Positions 19,402-30,856 of a stretch of 64,000 bases of DNA are shown one piece after another. A program made the translations under genes and the position numbers. Position 1 is the first letter of the stretch; every line of letters starts with the position of its first letter. The notes under the pieces are model-generated. The model was not told where the DNA came from. It ran no database searches and saw nothing but the letters and a program-made list of their open reading frames with translations. Source of the stretch: Myxococcota bacterium (GTDB lineage: Bacteria; Myxococcota_A; SURF-8); assembly GCA_965140415.1 (NCBI GenBank), contig OZ223209.1, positions 1,440,001 to 1,504,000 on the forward strand, read 5' to 3'.

Positions 19402-20271
19402 GTGGATCGTCGTAGACGGTTGATTATGTGGGGTGTTTTCCTGGCGTTGCTGGTCGGGTACTTGTTTGTTGAAGCGGATATCAAGCAACGTGAGCGGCCC
19501 TCACAAGGTGTGGAGCAGAACAATTATATTGTCAGCCGATCCACCGCGCCTTTGATTTCAATGGGTTTCCAAAATTTATGGGCGGATTTCGTATTATTGC
19601 AAGCCCAGTTTTTTTATAACGAGCGTCGTAAATATCGTTTATATGAAGATGGCAAACAGCTGAGAAAGCTGATAGAACTGGTTTTTACCCTTGATCCGAG
19701 ATACACCATCGCAGCCCGATTCGCCAATTTCGCGCTGGGAGAGTCCTGGCGGGAAATGGGAGTGGCTGATGCTAATGAACTTCTTGAAATGGCTTGGAAA
19801 TTAAATCCTGATGAATACAGGTTGCCCATGTATATCGGGTATAATTATTTCCTTTCAAGCCACAATGCCGAACAGGTTGTAAAGTGGATGAAGATCGCCC
19901 TGCGCAACCCAGAGGCGCCCCGGCGGCTGCTTTGGATTGTCGAAGAGGCGGAAAAGGGACGTTTCAGCGGTTATGGCAGTTTGCGTCATATTATCTGCAC
20001 ACAATGTGAACAGGCCGAGGATGCCACTCAGAAAAAGGTGTTTTGCACGCGTTGCCGTTTATACTCGATCCTGGTGCAACTGGAACAATTGCGCGAGCGC
20101 TACGAACAGCAGCAGGGACGGCCACTCGATAGCGTGCGGGATCTTGTAAGCGCAGGATATTTGCGACATTTGCCCAGCGATCCGTTGCAGGGGGAATGGG
20201 TAATCATGCGAGATGGCCGCATCAACAGTAGCTTGAATCTTCCCAATGGTGAAAAGAATCAAGGGGTGTGA
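19402..20271 (+). CDS. Pilin-associated membrane-anchored helical-repeat protein (PilG/XapA-like)
   Basis: N-terminal TM segment, GFxNLWAD...LDP motif, TPR-like helices, C-terminal LVSAGYLRHLPSDP; lies between pilA and an ABC transporter. Confidence 0.65.
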   Translation: MDRRRRLIMWGVFLALLVGYLFVEADIKQRERPSQGVEQNNYIVSRSTAPLISMGFQNLWADFVLLQAQFFYNERRKYRLYEDGKQLRKLIELVFTLDPRYTIAARFANFALGESWREMGVADANELLEMAWKLNPDEYRLPMYIGYNYFLSSHNAEQVVKWMKIALRNPEAPRRLLWIVEEAEKGRFSGYGSLRHIICTQCEQAEDATQKKVFCTRCRLYSILVQLEQLRERYEQQQGRPLDSVRDLVSAGYLRHLPSDPLQGEWVIMRDGRINSSLNLPNGEKNQGV

Positions 20272-21234
20272 ATGCGAACCGTACTGCAAACAAAAGGATT
20301 GAAAAAGCACTATAAATCAAACTTCCAGGTACGCACCATCAAAGCACTGGATGGCATCGATCTGGACGTTAACGAAGGTGAAGTGTATGGTTTTATTGGC
20401 CACAACGGAGCCGGTAAAACGACTACCATAAAAATCCTCACCGGCTTGATTCGCGCTACGGGTGGCACAGCGGAAATCATGGGTCAGCCTGTGGGACACA
20501 AGAAAACCTTGGAACAGGTCGGTTTTTTACCTGAACGACCGTATTTTTACGAGTATTTATCCGCGCGTGAGGCCTTGGTGTTTTATGGACGCCTAAATGG
20601 CATGTCGCGCGCGGAAATCAGTCGGCGTTCCGAGGAACTATTGCATCTGTTGGATCTAGAGCATGCTGCCGACCGTCCCTTGAATTCCTATTCGAAAGGC
20701 ATGTTGCAGCGTTTAGGAATGGCCCAAGCTGTGTTGCACGACCCGCACCTGGTGATTCTGGATGAGCCTATGAGTGGGTTGGATCCAGTTGGGCGAGGAC
20801 AAATAAAGGATATCATTCAGCTATTACGAAAACGTGGGAAAACGATTTTCTTTAGCACTCATATTCTGGCCGATGTCGAGCAACTCTGTGACCGGGTTGC
20901 TCTGGTCGCTAACGGCAAGATGTGGTATTCGGGAACGGTGGACGGTCTGACCAGTCAGTACCAGCAGGGCTACGAATTCACGCTGCTTGGACTGACGGAA
21001 GAGCAGCAGCGTTTCTGCGAGTCCTTGGGAGGCCATATCCAGGAAAAGCTGGATAAGCTGGTAATGAGTCTGCCTGAACTGAATGAGCCTGGAGATGTGG
21101 CGTTGAAGTTACTGCAACAGGGGATTTCTATCGAGTCCATGGCACCTCAGCGCATGAGTCTGGAAGAAATTTTCGTTAACGAATTCAAGAAAGAAGAGGA
21201 GGCATCGGGTGAAGGTCTTCGCGATCGCGCTTAA
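20272..21234 (+). CDS. ABC transporter ATP-binding protein (PilH-like)
   Basis: GHNGAGKTT, YSKGMLQR, LILDEPMSGLDP, FSTH. Confidence 0.92.
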   Translation: MRTVLQTKGLKKHYKSNFQVRTIKALDGIDLDVNEGEVYGFIGHNGAGKTTTIKILTGLIRATGGTAEIMGQPVGHKKTLEQVGFLPERPYFYEYLSAREALVFYGRLNGMSRAEISRRSEELLHLLDLEHAADRPLNSYSKGMLQRLGMAQAVLHDPHLVILDEPMSGLDPVGRGQIKDIIQLLRKRGKTIFFSTHILADVEQLCDRVALVANGKMWYSGTVDGLTSQYQQGYEFTLLGLTEEQQRFCESLGGHIQEKLDKLVMSLPELNEPGDVALKLLQQGISIESMAPQRMSLEEIFVNEFKKEEEASGEGLRDRA

Positions 21235-21976
21235 TACCTTCCGCGAGGCGGTTCGAAACAAGGTGTTTTACACCTTGCTCTTTTTCGCCATTGCATTCGC
21301 CGGATTTTCGGTGTCGCTATCCACGATGGTCCTGGGTGACATCATCCACATGATCATCAACATGGGACTGGCCAATATCGAGGTCTTCGGCACTTTAATC
21401 GCCATTTTCGTCGGTGTTAGCCTGGTCTATAAAGAGTTGGAAAGGCGCACCATATACACCATCATTACCCGTCCCATTCAGCGTTACCAGTTCATATTGG
21501 GGAAATATCTGGGCTTGCTGTTGACGCTGGTCGTGGAAATTCTAATCATGATGGCGGTGTTTTTCCTGATTCTTGCATTATGGGACGCAGCGGACCGTAT
21601 CCCGGAATTACTGGTGGGGATCTGGCTGATTTTCATCAAGTTAGCGCTGATTACCGCCGTGGCGGTCTTTTTCTCCTCCTTGTCCACTCCGATTCTGTCC
21701 GGTATGTTTACCTTGGCGTTCTACATTATCGGCAACACGAGTTTCTACCTAACACAATTGGTTGATCCGGCTAACAATCCGGTATTAGCCACATTTTTAC
21801 GGGTTCTGACCTTCGTACTGCCCGATTTCAGCTATCTCGACATCAAAGCGCAAATCGTGTACCAGCAGCCGATTGAAGCAACATACGTCGTTCAAGCGAC
21901 GGGCTATGCGCTTTTCTATTTAATGACAGTGCTTGTGCTTTCGGCATTGATCTTCGACCGCAAGGACATGAAGTAG
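21209..21976 (+). CDS. ABC-2 type permease (PilI-like)
   Basis: IALNTFREAVR, KELERRTIY, ILGKYLG, several TM helices, C-terminal FDRKD. Confidence 0.88.
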   Translation: MKVFAIALNTFREAVRNKVFYTLLFFAIAFAGFSVSLSTMVLGDIIHMIINMGLANIEVFGTLIAIFVGVSLVYKELERRTIYTIITRPIQRYQFILGKYLGLLLTLVVEILIMMAVFFLILALWDAADRIPELLVGIWLIFIKLALITAVAVFFSSLSTPILSGMFTLAFYIIGNTSFYLTQLVDPANNPVLATFLRVLTFVLPDFSYLDIKAQIVYQQPIEATYVVQATGYALFYLMTVLVLSALIFDRKDMK

Positions 21977-22027
21977 CGATAGATCGCCAGGCTTTGTAGA
22001 AAACCGACAGCAACTGTTGTTCCATGC

Positions 22028-22056
22028 TTGACAGCGTAGACCTTTCCCGGTATTCT
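22028..22056 (+). promoter_or_regulatory. Sigma70 promoter of guaBA
   Basis: TTGACA-17 nt-TATTCT. Confidence 0.7.
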
Positions 22057-22141
22057 CTCGCAACTCAAGGCTGAGAGGATCACTGTAGCTGGCGTCCTAT
22101 CACTACAGACGGGGTGATCCCGTAATAAACCAACCATTTGA

Positions 22142-23623
<1,482 letters not shown>

Positions 23624-23706
23624 GCCGGAAGGATCGATAACGAAGAAGGTCTGGTTTTAGTTAACGCCCGCGTATGCGGGCGTTGTTGCTGGAATGGAAA
23701 ACGCAC

Positions 23707-25269
23707 ATGCAACATGAAAGTATTCTGATTCTCGATTTTGGTTCACAATATACACAACTGATCGCGCGACGTATCCGCGAATTGAACGTTTATTGCGAAA
23801 TTCATCCCTGCACCATGAGCGCTGCGGATATTCGCTCGATGCAACCCAAGGGCATCGTGCTGTCGGGTGGCCCTTCTTCCACTACCGATCCCGATGCGCC
23901 TTCCGCGCCGGAGGGATTGTGGGAGATCGACGTTCCCATGCTGGGAATTTGCTACGGCATGCAGTTGATGGCTCGGGATCTGGGAGGCCGGATTGTCAAG
24001 GCCACCGAACGGGAATACGGATATGCCAGGATTGAAGCGGCGGATGGTGGTTGCTTCTTCGAGCATGTGCAGGGCGCAGACAAAAGCGAAGCGGGTGCGC
24101 GCCTGATCGACGTGTGGATGAGCCACGGCGACCGCGTGGATGCTGCGCCTGAAGGCTTTTCGGTGCTGGCCAGGACGGGAAATTGTCCCGTTGCGGCGAT
24201 GGAGAAGGATGGCCGTTATGTCGGCGTGCAGTTCCACCCGGAAGTCAGCCATACTCCCGAAGGTCGCACGATGCTGAAGAATTTTGTTTTCTCCATGTGC
24301 GGTTGTTCCGGTGACTGGACCACCGAGAATTTCATCGACGAAACGGTGGCGCGCTTGAAAGAGCAGATCGGCGATGAGCGTGTCGTGCTGGGCCTGTCCG
24401 GTGGCGTGGATAGCTCGGTGGCAGCGGCTTTATTGGATCGCGCCATCGGTGAGAATTTGACTTGCATTTTAGTGGACAACGGACTGATGCGCATGAATGA
24501 GGCACAGGATGTGGCCAATACCTTCCGCAAGTTGAGCCGAATGAACCTGAAGGTGGTCGATGCATCCGAGCGTTTTCTTTCGTTACTGAAGGGTGTTACC
24601 GACCCGGAGAAAAAGCGCAAGATTATCGGGGCTACTTTTATCGAAGTTTTCGAGCAGGAAGCCAAGACGCTGGGAGACGTCCGTTTTTTGGGACAGGGCA
24701 CCATTTACCCGGATGTCATCGAGTCCACCAGTTTCAAGGGACCGTCGGCCACGATTAAAAGTCACCACAATGTGGGTGGACTGCCGGAGCGCATGAATAT
24801 GAGCCTGGTAGAGCCGTTGCGTGAACTGTTCAAAGATGAAGTGCGCAAGCTAGGCTATGCTTTAGGTCTGCCCAAACTGCTGGTTGGACGTCATCCCTTC
24901 CCCGGACCGGGTCTGGCGGTGCGAGTATTGGGCGAAGTGACGCGCGAGCGTTGTGATATTCTGCGTAAGGCCGACGCCATTTACATCGAGGAAATCGAAC
25001 AGGCGGGCTGGTACGACAAGATCGCTCAGGCGTTCGCCGTGCTATTGCCGGTGAAGTCGGTAGGAGTCATGGGCGACGAGCGCACGCATGAAAACGTACT
25101 AGCGCTGCGAGCGGTAAACACGACCGATTTCATGACCGCCGACTGGACGCATCTACCCTACGAATTATTGGCGCGCATCAGCAACCGCATTATCAATGAG
25201 GTTGTGGGAATCAATCGCGTCGCCTACGATATCAGCAGCAAACCGCCTGCAACCATCGAGTGGGAATAG
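23707..25269 (+). CDS. guaA: GMP synthase (glutamine-hydrolysing)
   Basis: [46 protein letters not shown]. Confidence 0.98.
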   Translation: MQHESILILDFGSQYTQLIARRIRELNVYCEIHPCTMSAADIRSMQPKGIVLSGGPSSTTDPDAPSAPEGLWEIDVPMLGICYGMQLMARDLGGRIVKATEREYGYARIEAADGGCFFEHVQGADKSEAGARLIDVWMSHGDRVDAAPEGFSVLARTGNCPVAAMEKDGRYVGVQFHPEVSHTPEGRTMLKNFVFSMCGCSGDWTTENFIDETVARLKEQIGDERVVLGLSGGVDSSVAAALLDRAIGENLTCILVDNGLMRMNEAQDVANTFRKLSRMNLKVVDASERFLSLLKGVTDPEKKRKIIGATFIEVFEQEAKTLGDVRFLGQGTIYPDVIESTSFKGPSATIKSHHNVGGLPERMNMSLVEPLRELFKDEVRKLGYALGLPKLLVGRHPFPGPGLAVRVLGEVTRERCDILRKADAIYIEEIEQAGWYDKIAQAFAVLLPVKSVGVMGDERTHENVLALRAVNTTDFMTADWTHLPYELLARISNRIINEVVGINRVAYDISSKPPATIEWE

Positions 25270-25579
25270 AAGTTACTGCATCTCACCTCTTTTTCCTTCT
25301 CAATGTTTAGTGAATTCTTTACTAAACGTAAAAACCGACATTGTTAAATCGGCTCTCCAATCTTGATAGCGATTGACGTAGTCAATGCACTTCGCTACAC
25401 TAGACTCACTGTTCTGAAAAATGCTTGGGGTTCAAACATGAGCGATACAAATCAGACATTATGTGGACCTTTACGCAAAGAAAACCCCTAATGTACGATT
25501 GATACTGTTCAGGCTGTTTAAAAGCCGGTGCAGGGTATCGATACTTCATAGGTATATTAGCAATTTAGTTCGGGTGTTG

Positions 25580-27817
25580 ATGCACATGGCAAGAGAAAGC
25601 CGACAGTTCTTATTGCTGATCCTGATCATGATGGCGGTAGCCGCATGTGTGAGCGGTGTCACCTACTTCATTCTCTATAAGGCAGCGTTTGACGGCCAAC
25701 GGGAAAGGTTGCGGGAAACCGCGCAAAGTCGGGCGAGCCTGATCGAATCCGTAGCACGTTTCGATATGGAATTCAGTGAAAATGATGCACCAGGGGGAGC
25801 CTTCGAAGCCACCATGTCGCAAATCGTCAAAGCTCATGACGAGTTTCAGGGATTTGGTAAAACTGGTGAGTTTACGTTGGGTCAGCGGACAGGCGATAAG
25901 ATTGTATTTCTATTAAGTCACCGCCACGGAAAAGATGCTGAAAATCCAAAACCGATTGATATCAAATCCGAACTTGCAGAACCCATGCGGTTGGCTTTGT
26001 GTGGAAAGTCCGGCACCTTGATCGGCTTGGATTATCGCGGTGTTTTGGTCTTGGCTGCTCATGAACCGGTAGGCGTATACGGATTGGGTATCGTTGCTAA
26101 AATCGACGTGGCTGAAGTAAGGGAACCATTTATAAAAGCTGCGCTATTGGCTTTGGCGTTTCTATTTGTGTTCGGATTATTGGGAGCTTTTATTTTTCTG
26201 CGTGTCGCAAATCCGATTGTAAAGCGGTTGAGAGAAAACACTCGTCGAATAGAGCGAGAAATGGAGCGGCGCGCACAGGCATCTCTGGCGCTTGATGAAG
26301 AGAAAAAACGCCTGGAAAGTTTGATGAACAATTTGCAGGGCATGGTGTATCGTTGTCGCAACGAACCGGATTGGCCAATGGAGTTTGTCAGTCGTAGTGG
26401 TGTAGAACTACTTGGGTATACCCCCGAAGAACTTACGGACGGCTCGGTGATTTATGGCGATCTGATTCATGAAAGCGATAAAGAGCGTGTATGGGATATC
26501 GTGCAGGAAGCGATTGAGAACGATGTTCCATACAAAATGGAGTTCCGTCTTCACGACCGCACGGGAAATGAAAAGTGGGTCTGGGAACAGGGTGAAAAGC
26601 GTTATCTGGAAGCGGAAAATCGCTTTGTGTTGGAAGGTATCGTAACCGATATTACCGAGCAGAAGAATCTCGAAAACCAGATTATGCAGTCGCATAAAAT
26701 GGAAGCAGTGGGACGCCTGGCCGGTGGTATCGCTCACGATTTCAACAATCTGCTTACCGGGATAAGTGGCAATGTGTCACTCGCTATGATGGATGTCAGC
26801 CCGCAAGATCCATTTTATGAAAGTCTGTTGGAAATTAACGAGGCGGCGCGTCGTGCTGGAGATTTAACCAGGCAGTTATTGGCTTTCAGTCGCAAACAGC
26901 TGATTTCGCCGAAGGTGATCGGTCCTAATCAACTGCTTTCTAATCTGGAAAAAATGCTGGGACGGCTGATCGGAGAAGATATCGATCTGGTGTGGAAAAT
27001 GGCCGAGAATATATGCAACGTTAAGGTTGATCCGGGGCAGATCGAACAGGTGGTGATCAACCTCGCGGTAAATGCGCGTGATGCCATGCCCGATGGTGGA
27101 AAACTGACCATCGAAACTGCGAATGTAGAATTGGATGAGGAATATGTCGCACATCACTCTCAGATCGAAAGCGGTTCTTATGTGATGATCGCAGTGAGCG
27201 ACGATGGTGCCGGCATGGATGAGGAAACGAAGAGTAAAATATTCGAGCCGTTTTTTACAACGAAGAAGGAAGGCAAAGGAACGGGGTTGGGGTTGGCGAC
27301 GACGTTCGGCATTGTCAAACAGCATAAGGGCGGTCTGGAAGTCTATTCGGAGTTGGGACAGGGAACGACTTTTAAAGTATATCTACCTGCGGTACAAGAA
27401 ATCGTTCAGTCTGAATATAGTCAAAGTCGTTTAAATGCGCTTCCTCGCGGAAATGAAACGGTGCTCGTTGTGGAAGACGAAGAAATCGTACGCAATGTAG
27501 CGATTAAAACCTTGCGTCGTCAGGGGTACAATATACTTTTCGCGGGCAGCGGCCCTGAAGCATTGGCACTGCTGAAAGACGAACCCAAGAAGATCGATTT
27601 ACTGATGACCGACATCGTCATGCCGAATATGAACGGAAAGCAATTATCTGAAGAGTTGCATAAAGTCTATCCGAATCTGAAAACGTTGTTTACTTCCGGT
27701 TACACCGAAAACGTAATCGCTCACCATGGTGTACTGGATGAAGGCGTGAACTTCATCGGCAAACCTTACACACCAAATGCGCTTGCCGAACGAATTCGAG
27801 CGATTCTGGACGAATGA
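25580..27817 (+). CDS. Hybrid sensor kinase (TM, periplasmic sensor, PAS, HisKA, HATPase, receiver)
   Basis: Two TM segments, PAS (MVYRC...WVWEQG), AGGIAHDFNNLL, FEPFFTTK..GKGTGLGL, C-terminal REC; exact start uncertain. Confidence 0.92.
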   Translation: MHMARESRQFLLLILIMMAVAACVSGVTYFILYKAAFDGQRERLRETAQSRASLIESVARFDMEFSENDAPGGAFEATMSQIVKAHDEFQGFGKTGEFTLGQRTGDKIVFLLSHRHGKDAENPKPIDIKSELAEPMRLALCGKSGTLIGLDYRGVLVLAAHEPVGVYGLGIVAKIDVAEVREPFIKAALLALAFLFVFGLLGAFIFLRVANPIVKRLRENTRRIEREMERRAQASLALDEEKKRLESLMNNLQGMVYRCRNEPDWPMEFVSRSGVELLGYTPEELTDGSVIYGDLIHESDKERVWDIVQEAIENDVPYKMEFRLHDRTGNEKWVWEQGEKRYLEAENRFVLEGIVTDITEQKNLENQIMQSHKMEAVGRLAGGIAHDFNNLLTGISGNVSLAMMDVSPQDPFYESLLEINEAARRAGDLTRQLLAFSRKQLISPKVIGPNQLLSNLEKMLGRLIGEDIDLVWKMAENICNVKVDPGQIEQVVINLAVNARDAMPDGGKLTIETANVELDEEYVAHHSQIESGSYVMIAVSDDGAGMDEETKSKIFEPFFTTKKEGKGTGLGLATTFGIVKQHKGGLEVYSELGQGTTFKVYLPAVQEIVQSEYSQSRLNALPRGNETVLVVEDEEIVRNVAIKTLRRQGYNILFAGSGPEALALLKDEPKKIDLLMTDIVMPNMNGKQLSEELHKVYPNLKTLFTSGYTENVIAHHGVLDEGVNFIGKPYTPNALAERIRAILDE

Positions 27818-27866
27818 AAGAAACTACTACAAAACGCCACTCAGTGCCCCCAATCGGATGATTGCG

Positions 27867-28307
27867 TCAGGCTAACTTTTCGTAGTCGTCACTGTGTTTC
27901 AAACCGGCTAGCAAATCCCGAATCTGTTGCGGTGGAACTACCAGCTTTCTTTCGCGAAGATCGAGCCAGCCACCGAAAGACGTTACGGTCGCAGCCAGTT
28001 GGCCGTCTTCTTTATAAAATTCGTTTCTAAGGCGCATCTTCGAAGCATCATCGGAAAGCCCGGCAATAAACAACTTTACAAGCACCGTTTCCATCAGGCG
28101 GATTTCCCGGTAATATTCCAACTCGTCGCGTCGAACGACAGGCCCTACGCCGAGTTTCATGAATGCTTGCATGGAAAGACCGTTTTCTTTGAAGAACATC
28201 ATGCGGCAATCGGAAGCCATATCCAGAAAAGCGCGATTGGCCATGTGACCGTTGTAATCCATCAGGCCCCAGCCTGCTACAATTTGCGTTTTGTATTCCT
28301 TATTCAT
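27867..28307 (-). CDS. Acyl-CoA thioesterase (4HBT/YbgC family)
   Basis: W..MDYNGHMAN..F hot-dog motif; start could be 28313 or 28322. Confidence 0.85.
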   Translation of the reverse strand: MNKEYKTQIVAGWGLMDYNGHMANRAFLDMASDCRMMFFKENGLSMQAFMKLGVGPVVRRDELEYYREIRLMETVLVKLFIAGLSDDASKMRLRNEFYKEDGQLAATVTSFGGWLDLRERKLVVPPQQIRDLLAGLKHSDDYEKLA

Positions 28308-28485
28308 TTCCATTTCCTGCATAAAGCTGAAAGAACGGATTCATTAAGTGCGGCATCATATTTTAAAACTTCGGAAAAAGAAAGAGGTTTACTTGAGGGC
28401 CGTTGGCGTTCGGGAAGACTAAAGGCTATAAAACAAAAACCCCGGCAAAAGCCGGGGAATTCAAATCGATCATGTTGGTCTTGAT

Positions 28486-29238
28486 TTACTCGTGTGGCAG
28501 CGCGGCCAATTTGTCGCGATCCTGATTCCATTTGACCCAGTCGTCCTGATCGGAGGCGAGTGTGAAATCGTTCATCGACATCGCGCCGTCGGCAGCTACA
28601 CGGACTTCTTTCATGGCTTTGGCTACCAGCTCTTCCCATTTCTTTTTGGTTACTTGCTGCGGGCCGGGAACCTGTACGCGATCGCCTTTGGCGTCGGCTT
28701 TGCGTTGGTAAATCGGGGCGTTGCTGACGGCCACCGCGCCGGAATATACTTTGATCACCGTAGCTTGATCCTCCATCAGATCGACGCGGAAAACCGTGCC
28801 GCGCACACCGGCGACGGCGTTTTCCGTATTGACCTGGAAGGAGTCGTCCTGGCCAACCAGTTTGTTGACGTTCGCCCAGATTTTGCCCGTCGTTACTTTG
28901 AAATTCATGTTGCGCTTGGTTTTGCCTTCGCCTTTAATCAGGCTTTTCAAGCGCACTTGCGAGGAAGCCGCTACGCGCAACAGTGAACCATCGGGTAACG
29001 TCAGTTCCAGCTTGGAATCTTTGCCGGTACGAACGCAGTAATCCGCGCCCAGTTTGTCGCCTTTGGCAATCGGTTTCCAGTCCGTTTTTCCTGCTGCTTG
29101 CGCTTCGACAGTGCCCTGCATAAAAGAGGCCGTGGCCGTTGGAGCGGCTCCCGCGTTGACGGGCTGGGAAAGCCAGGCAACCATCGCAATACATACAGCC
29201 AATCCGATCAACAGGCTCGTAAATACGTGCTTGTTCAT
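28486..29238 (-). CDS. Secreted FecR-domain protein
   Basis: Signal peptide, VRTGxxS...DGS..RV, T.NAVAGVRGTVF..V.VY.G.V. Confidence 0.85.
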   Translation of the reverse strand: MNKHVFTSLLIGLAVCIAMVAWLSQPVNAGAAPTATASFMQGTVEAQAAGKTDWKPIAKGDKLGADYCVRTGKDSKLELTLPDGSLLRVAASSQVRLKSLIKGEGKTKRNMNFKVTTGKIWANVNKLVGQDDSFQVNTENAVAGVRGTVFRVDLMEDQATVIKVYSGAVAVSNAPIYQRKADAKGDRVQVPGPQQVTKKKWEELVAKAMKEVRVAADGAMSMNDFTLASDQDDWVKWNQDRDKLAALPHE

Positions 29239-29271
29239 TTTGTCCTCATCCTTTCCAGATCGGTGCCGGGA

Positions 29272-29592
29272 TCAGTTTTTCGTTAACTTCACCTGTAGCA
29301 CCTGAACCTGTCTCTCCAATTCAATTTCGGTCTTGTAAGGCTTGTAGCCTTCGCGCTCGACGCGAACATTGACTTTCACTCCACCCATGAGCGGATAGCC
29401 CTTGTCCTTGGAGCAGAAATCGCGCGCCATTCCGATTTTCATACCATCGATAAACACCAGCGCATCGTCCGGGTCCGCCTGAATCACCAGGCAACCCACC
29501 CCGCCTTCGGGGCATTTTGGAGAATGTGCGCAACCACAAACGGCGATCAGGAATACAGCCAACAGCGCCAGTACAACTCGATACCGGATCAT
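29272..29592 (-). CDS. PEGA-domain lipoprotein
   Basis: Lipobox-like CGC, P.DA.VFIDG..IG and V.REGY PEGA motifs. Confidence 0.8.
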   Translation of the reverse strand: MIRYRVVLALLAVFLIAVCGCAHSPKCPEGGVGCLVIQADPDDALVFIDGMKIGMARDFCSKDKGYPLMGGVKVNVRVEREGYKPYKTEIELERQVQVLQVKLTKN

Positions 29593-29627
29593 AGCTCCTT
29601 CTCCTTCCGCCGCGATGGGCGGCGCGC

Positions 29628-30812
29628 CTAGCGCTTGCTGACGCGCAGCTTCAACTGATTCGCGGTCATGTTTTCGACCTGCACCTTGATGCCTTTAAAA
29701 GTTTTCTGGGTTAATTCGCTGGCCAACAGGGCCACTTTTCCGGAGTAATACAAATCGATCTGGGCAGAGTCTTTCATCATCTTGCGCAGACTCACACCCT
29801 TGACGCCGCGTACTTCGTTCTGCAACGCCGACTGCAATTCGTCCAGCATCGGATAGCCGGTCAAGCCGACCACTTCCAGGGTCACGATGGCTGTGGAGTT
29901 CAGCCAGCGATCCACCAGCTTTTTCACGATCTGTTCGGACAGTTTCTTGCCACCCTTGATCAGCGCCTTGTTTCCGGCGGTCGGCGGCGAAATATGCGCC
30001 TCGGCAGCGTGTACGCTGGCGGTCATCAAAATTTCACCATTGTCGGTGTTGATGGCGCGCACGGTGATGTCGCACTGGCCCGATTGCAGCTTGCTGCCTT
30101 GCATGACGGGTCCGGCGTTGGTGGCGATAGCCGTTCCTACCAGTACCACCTGGGCGTTGGTCAGGTTGGCGATTTCCACGGCAGCCTGATTGCTGATACC
30201 GGCGCTGGTGACCTTGTAGGCGTCTTTCATCTGAATCTTGCCAGCCAGCACTTGCGGGTCGACGAAGATAAAGCCTTTAGGCGACAACTGATCGATCAGG
30301 GTGTTTTCCACCTGGCTCATCGAGATCGAGCCGGTGGTGTTACCCCACCAATAGGAGTAGCCACTCTCGCCGATATTCTGCTCGGCGATCAGCACCATCA
30401 GGCGCGGATAATCCTTTTTCGCCAGCGCCCATTCGATTTCATCGAGCGAGCCTTTCAGCTTGGCGGCGGCGACGGTGGCTTCCACTTCCACTTCCATCAC
30501 GCCGTCCACTTCTTTCGCACTCAATTCGCGCCAGCTTTTAACGAAACCTTTGGACTGGCTGAAGATCTTGTCTTCGACCGTGATGTAGTTCTCCACCAGC
30601 GTGGAAGATTTAACGTACGTTCCCACGACCTGCTCGACCGCGTTACGCAGCGCTTGCTCAATGGCCTTTTCCTTGGCGGTGGATTTGTCGTTCTGGAAAA
30701 TGGCGGCTTCGCCTTTAACCACGACCTTTTTCTCGTCCGCCGCCGCAGCCGTGCCCAGGCTATATACCAGCGCCAGGGCCAATACGAGGACGCTGAACAG
30801 AATCTTTTTCAT
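29628..30812 (-). CDS. Secreted protein with FlgT N-terminal-like domain
   Basis: Signal peptide; V.GEA.I...A...A...ALRNAVEQ..G..V.S.T. Confidence 0.75.
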   Translation of the reverse strand: MKKILFSVLVLALALVYSLGTAAAADEKKVVVKGEAAIFQNDKSTAKEKAIEQALRNAVEQVVGTYVKSSTLVENYITVEDKIFSQSKGFVKSWRELSAKEVDGVMEVEVEATVAAAKLKGSLDEIEWALAKKDYPRLMVLIAEQNIGESGYSYWWGNTTGSISMSQVENTLIDQLSPKGFIFVDPQVLAGKIQMKDAYKVTSAGISNQAAVEIANLTNAQVVLVGTAIATNAGPVMQGSKLQSGQCDITVRAINTDNGEILMTASVHAAEAHISPPTAGNKALIKGGKKLSEQIVKKLVDRWLNSTAIVTLEVVGLTGYPMLDELQSALQNEVRGVKGVSLRKMMKDSAQIDLYYSGKVALLASELTQKTFKGIKVQVENMTANQLKLRVSKR

Positions 30813-30856
30813 GTTAGTTCTCCTTCTTCTCTATCGCTTGGATCCTAGATCCGTCC

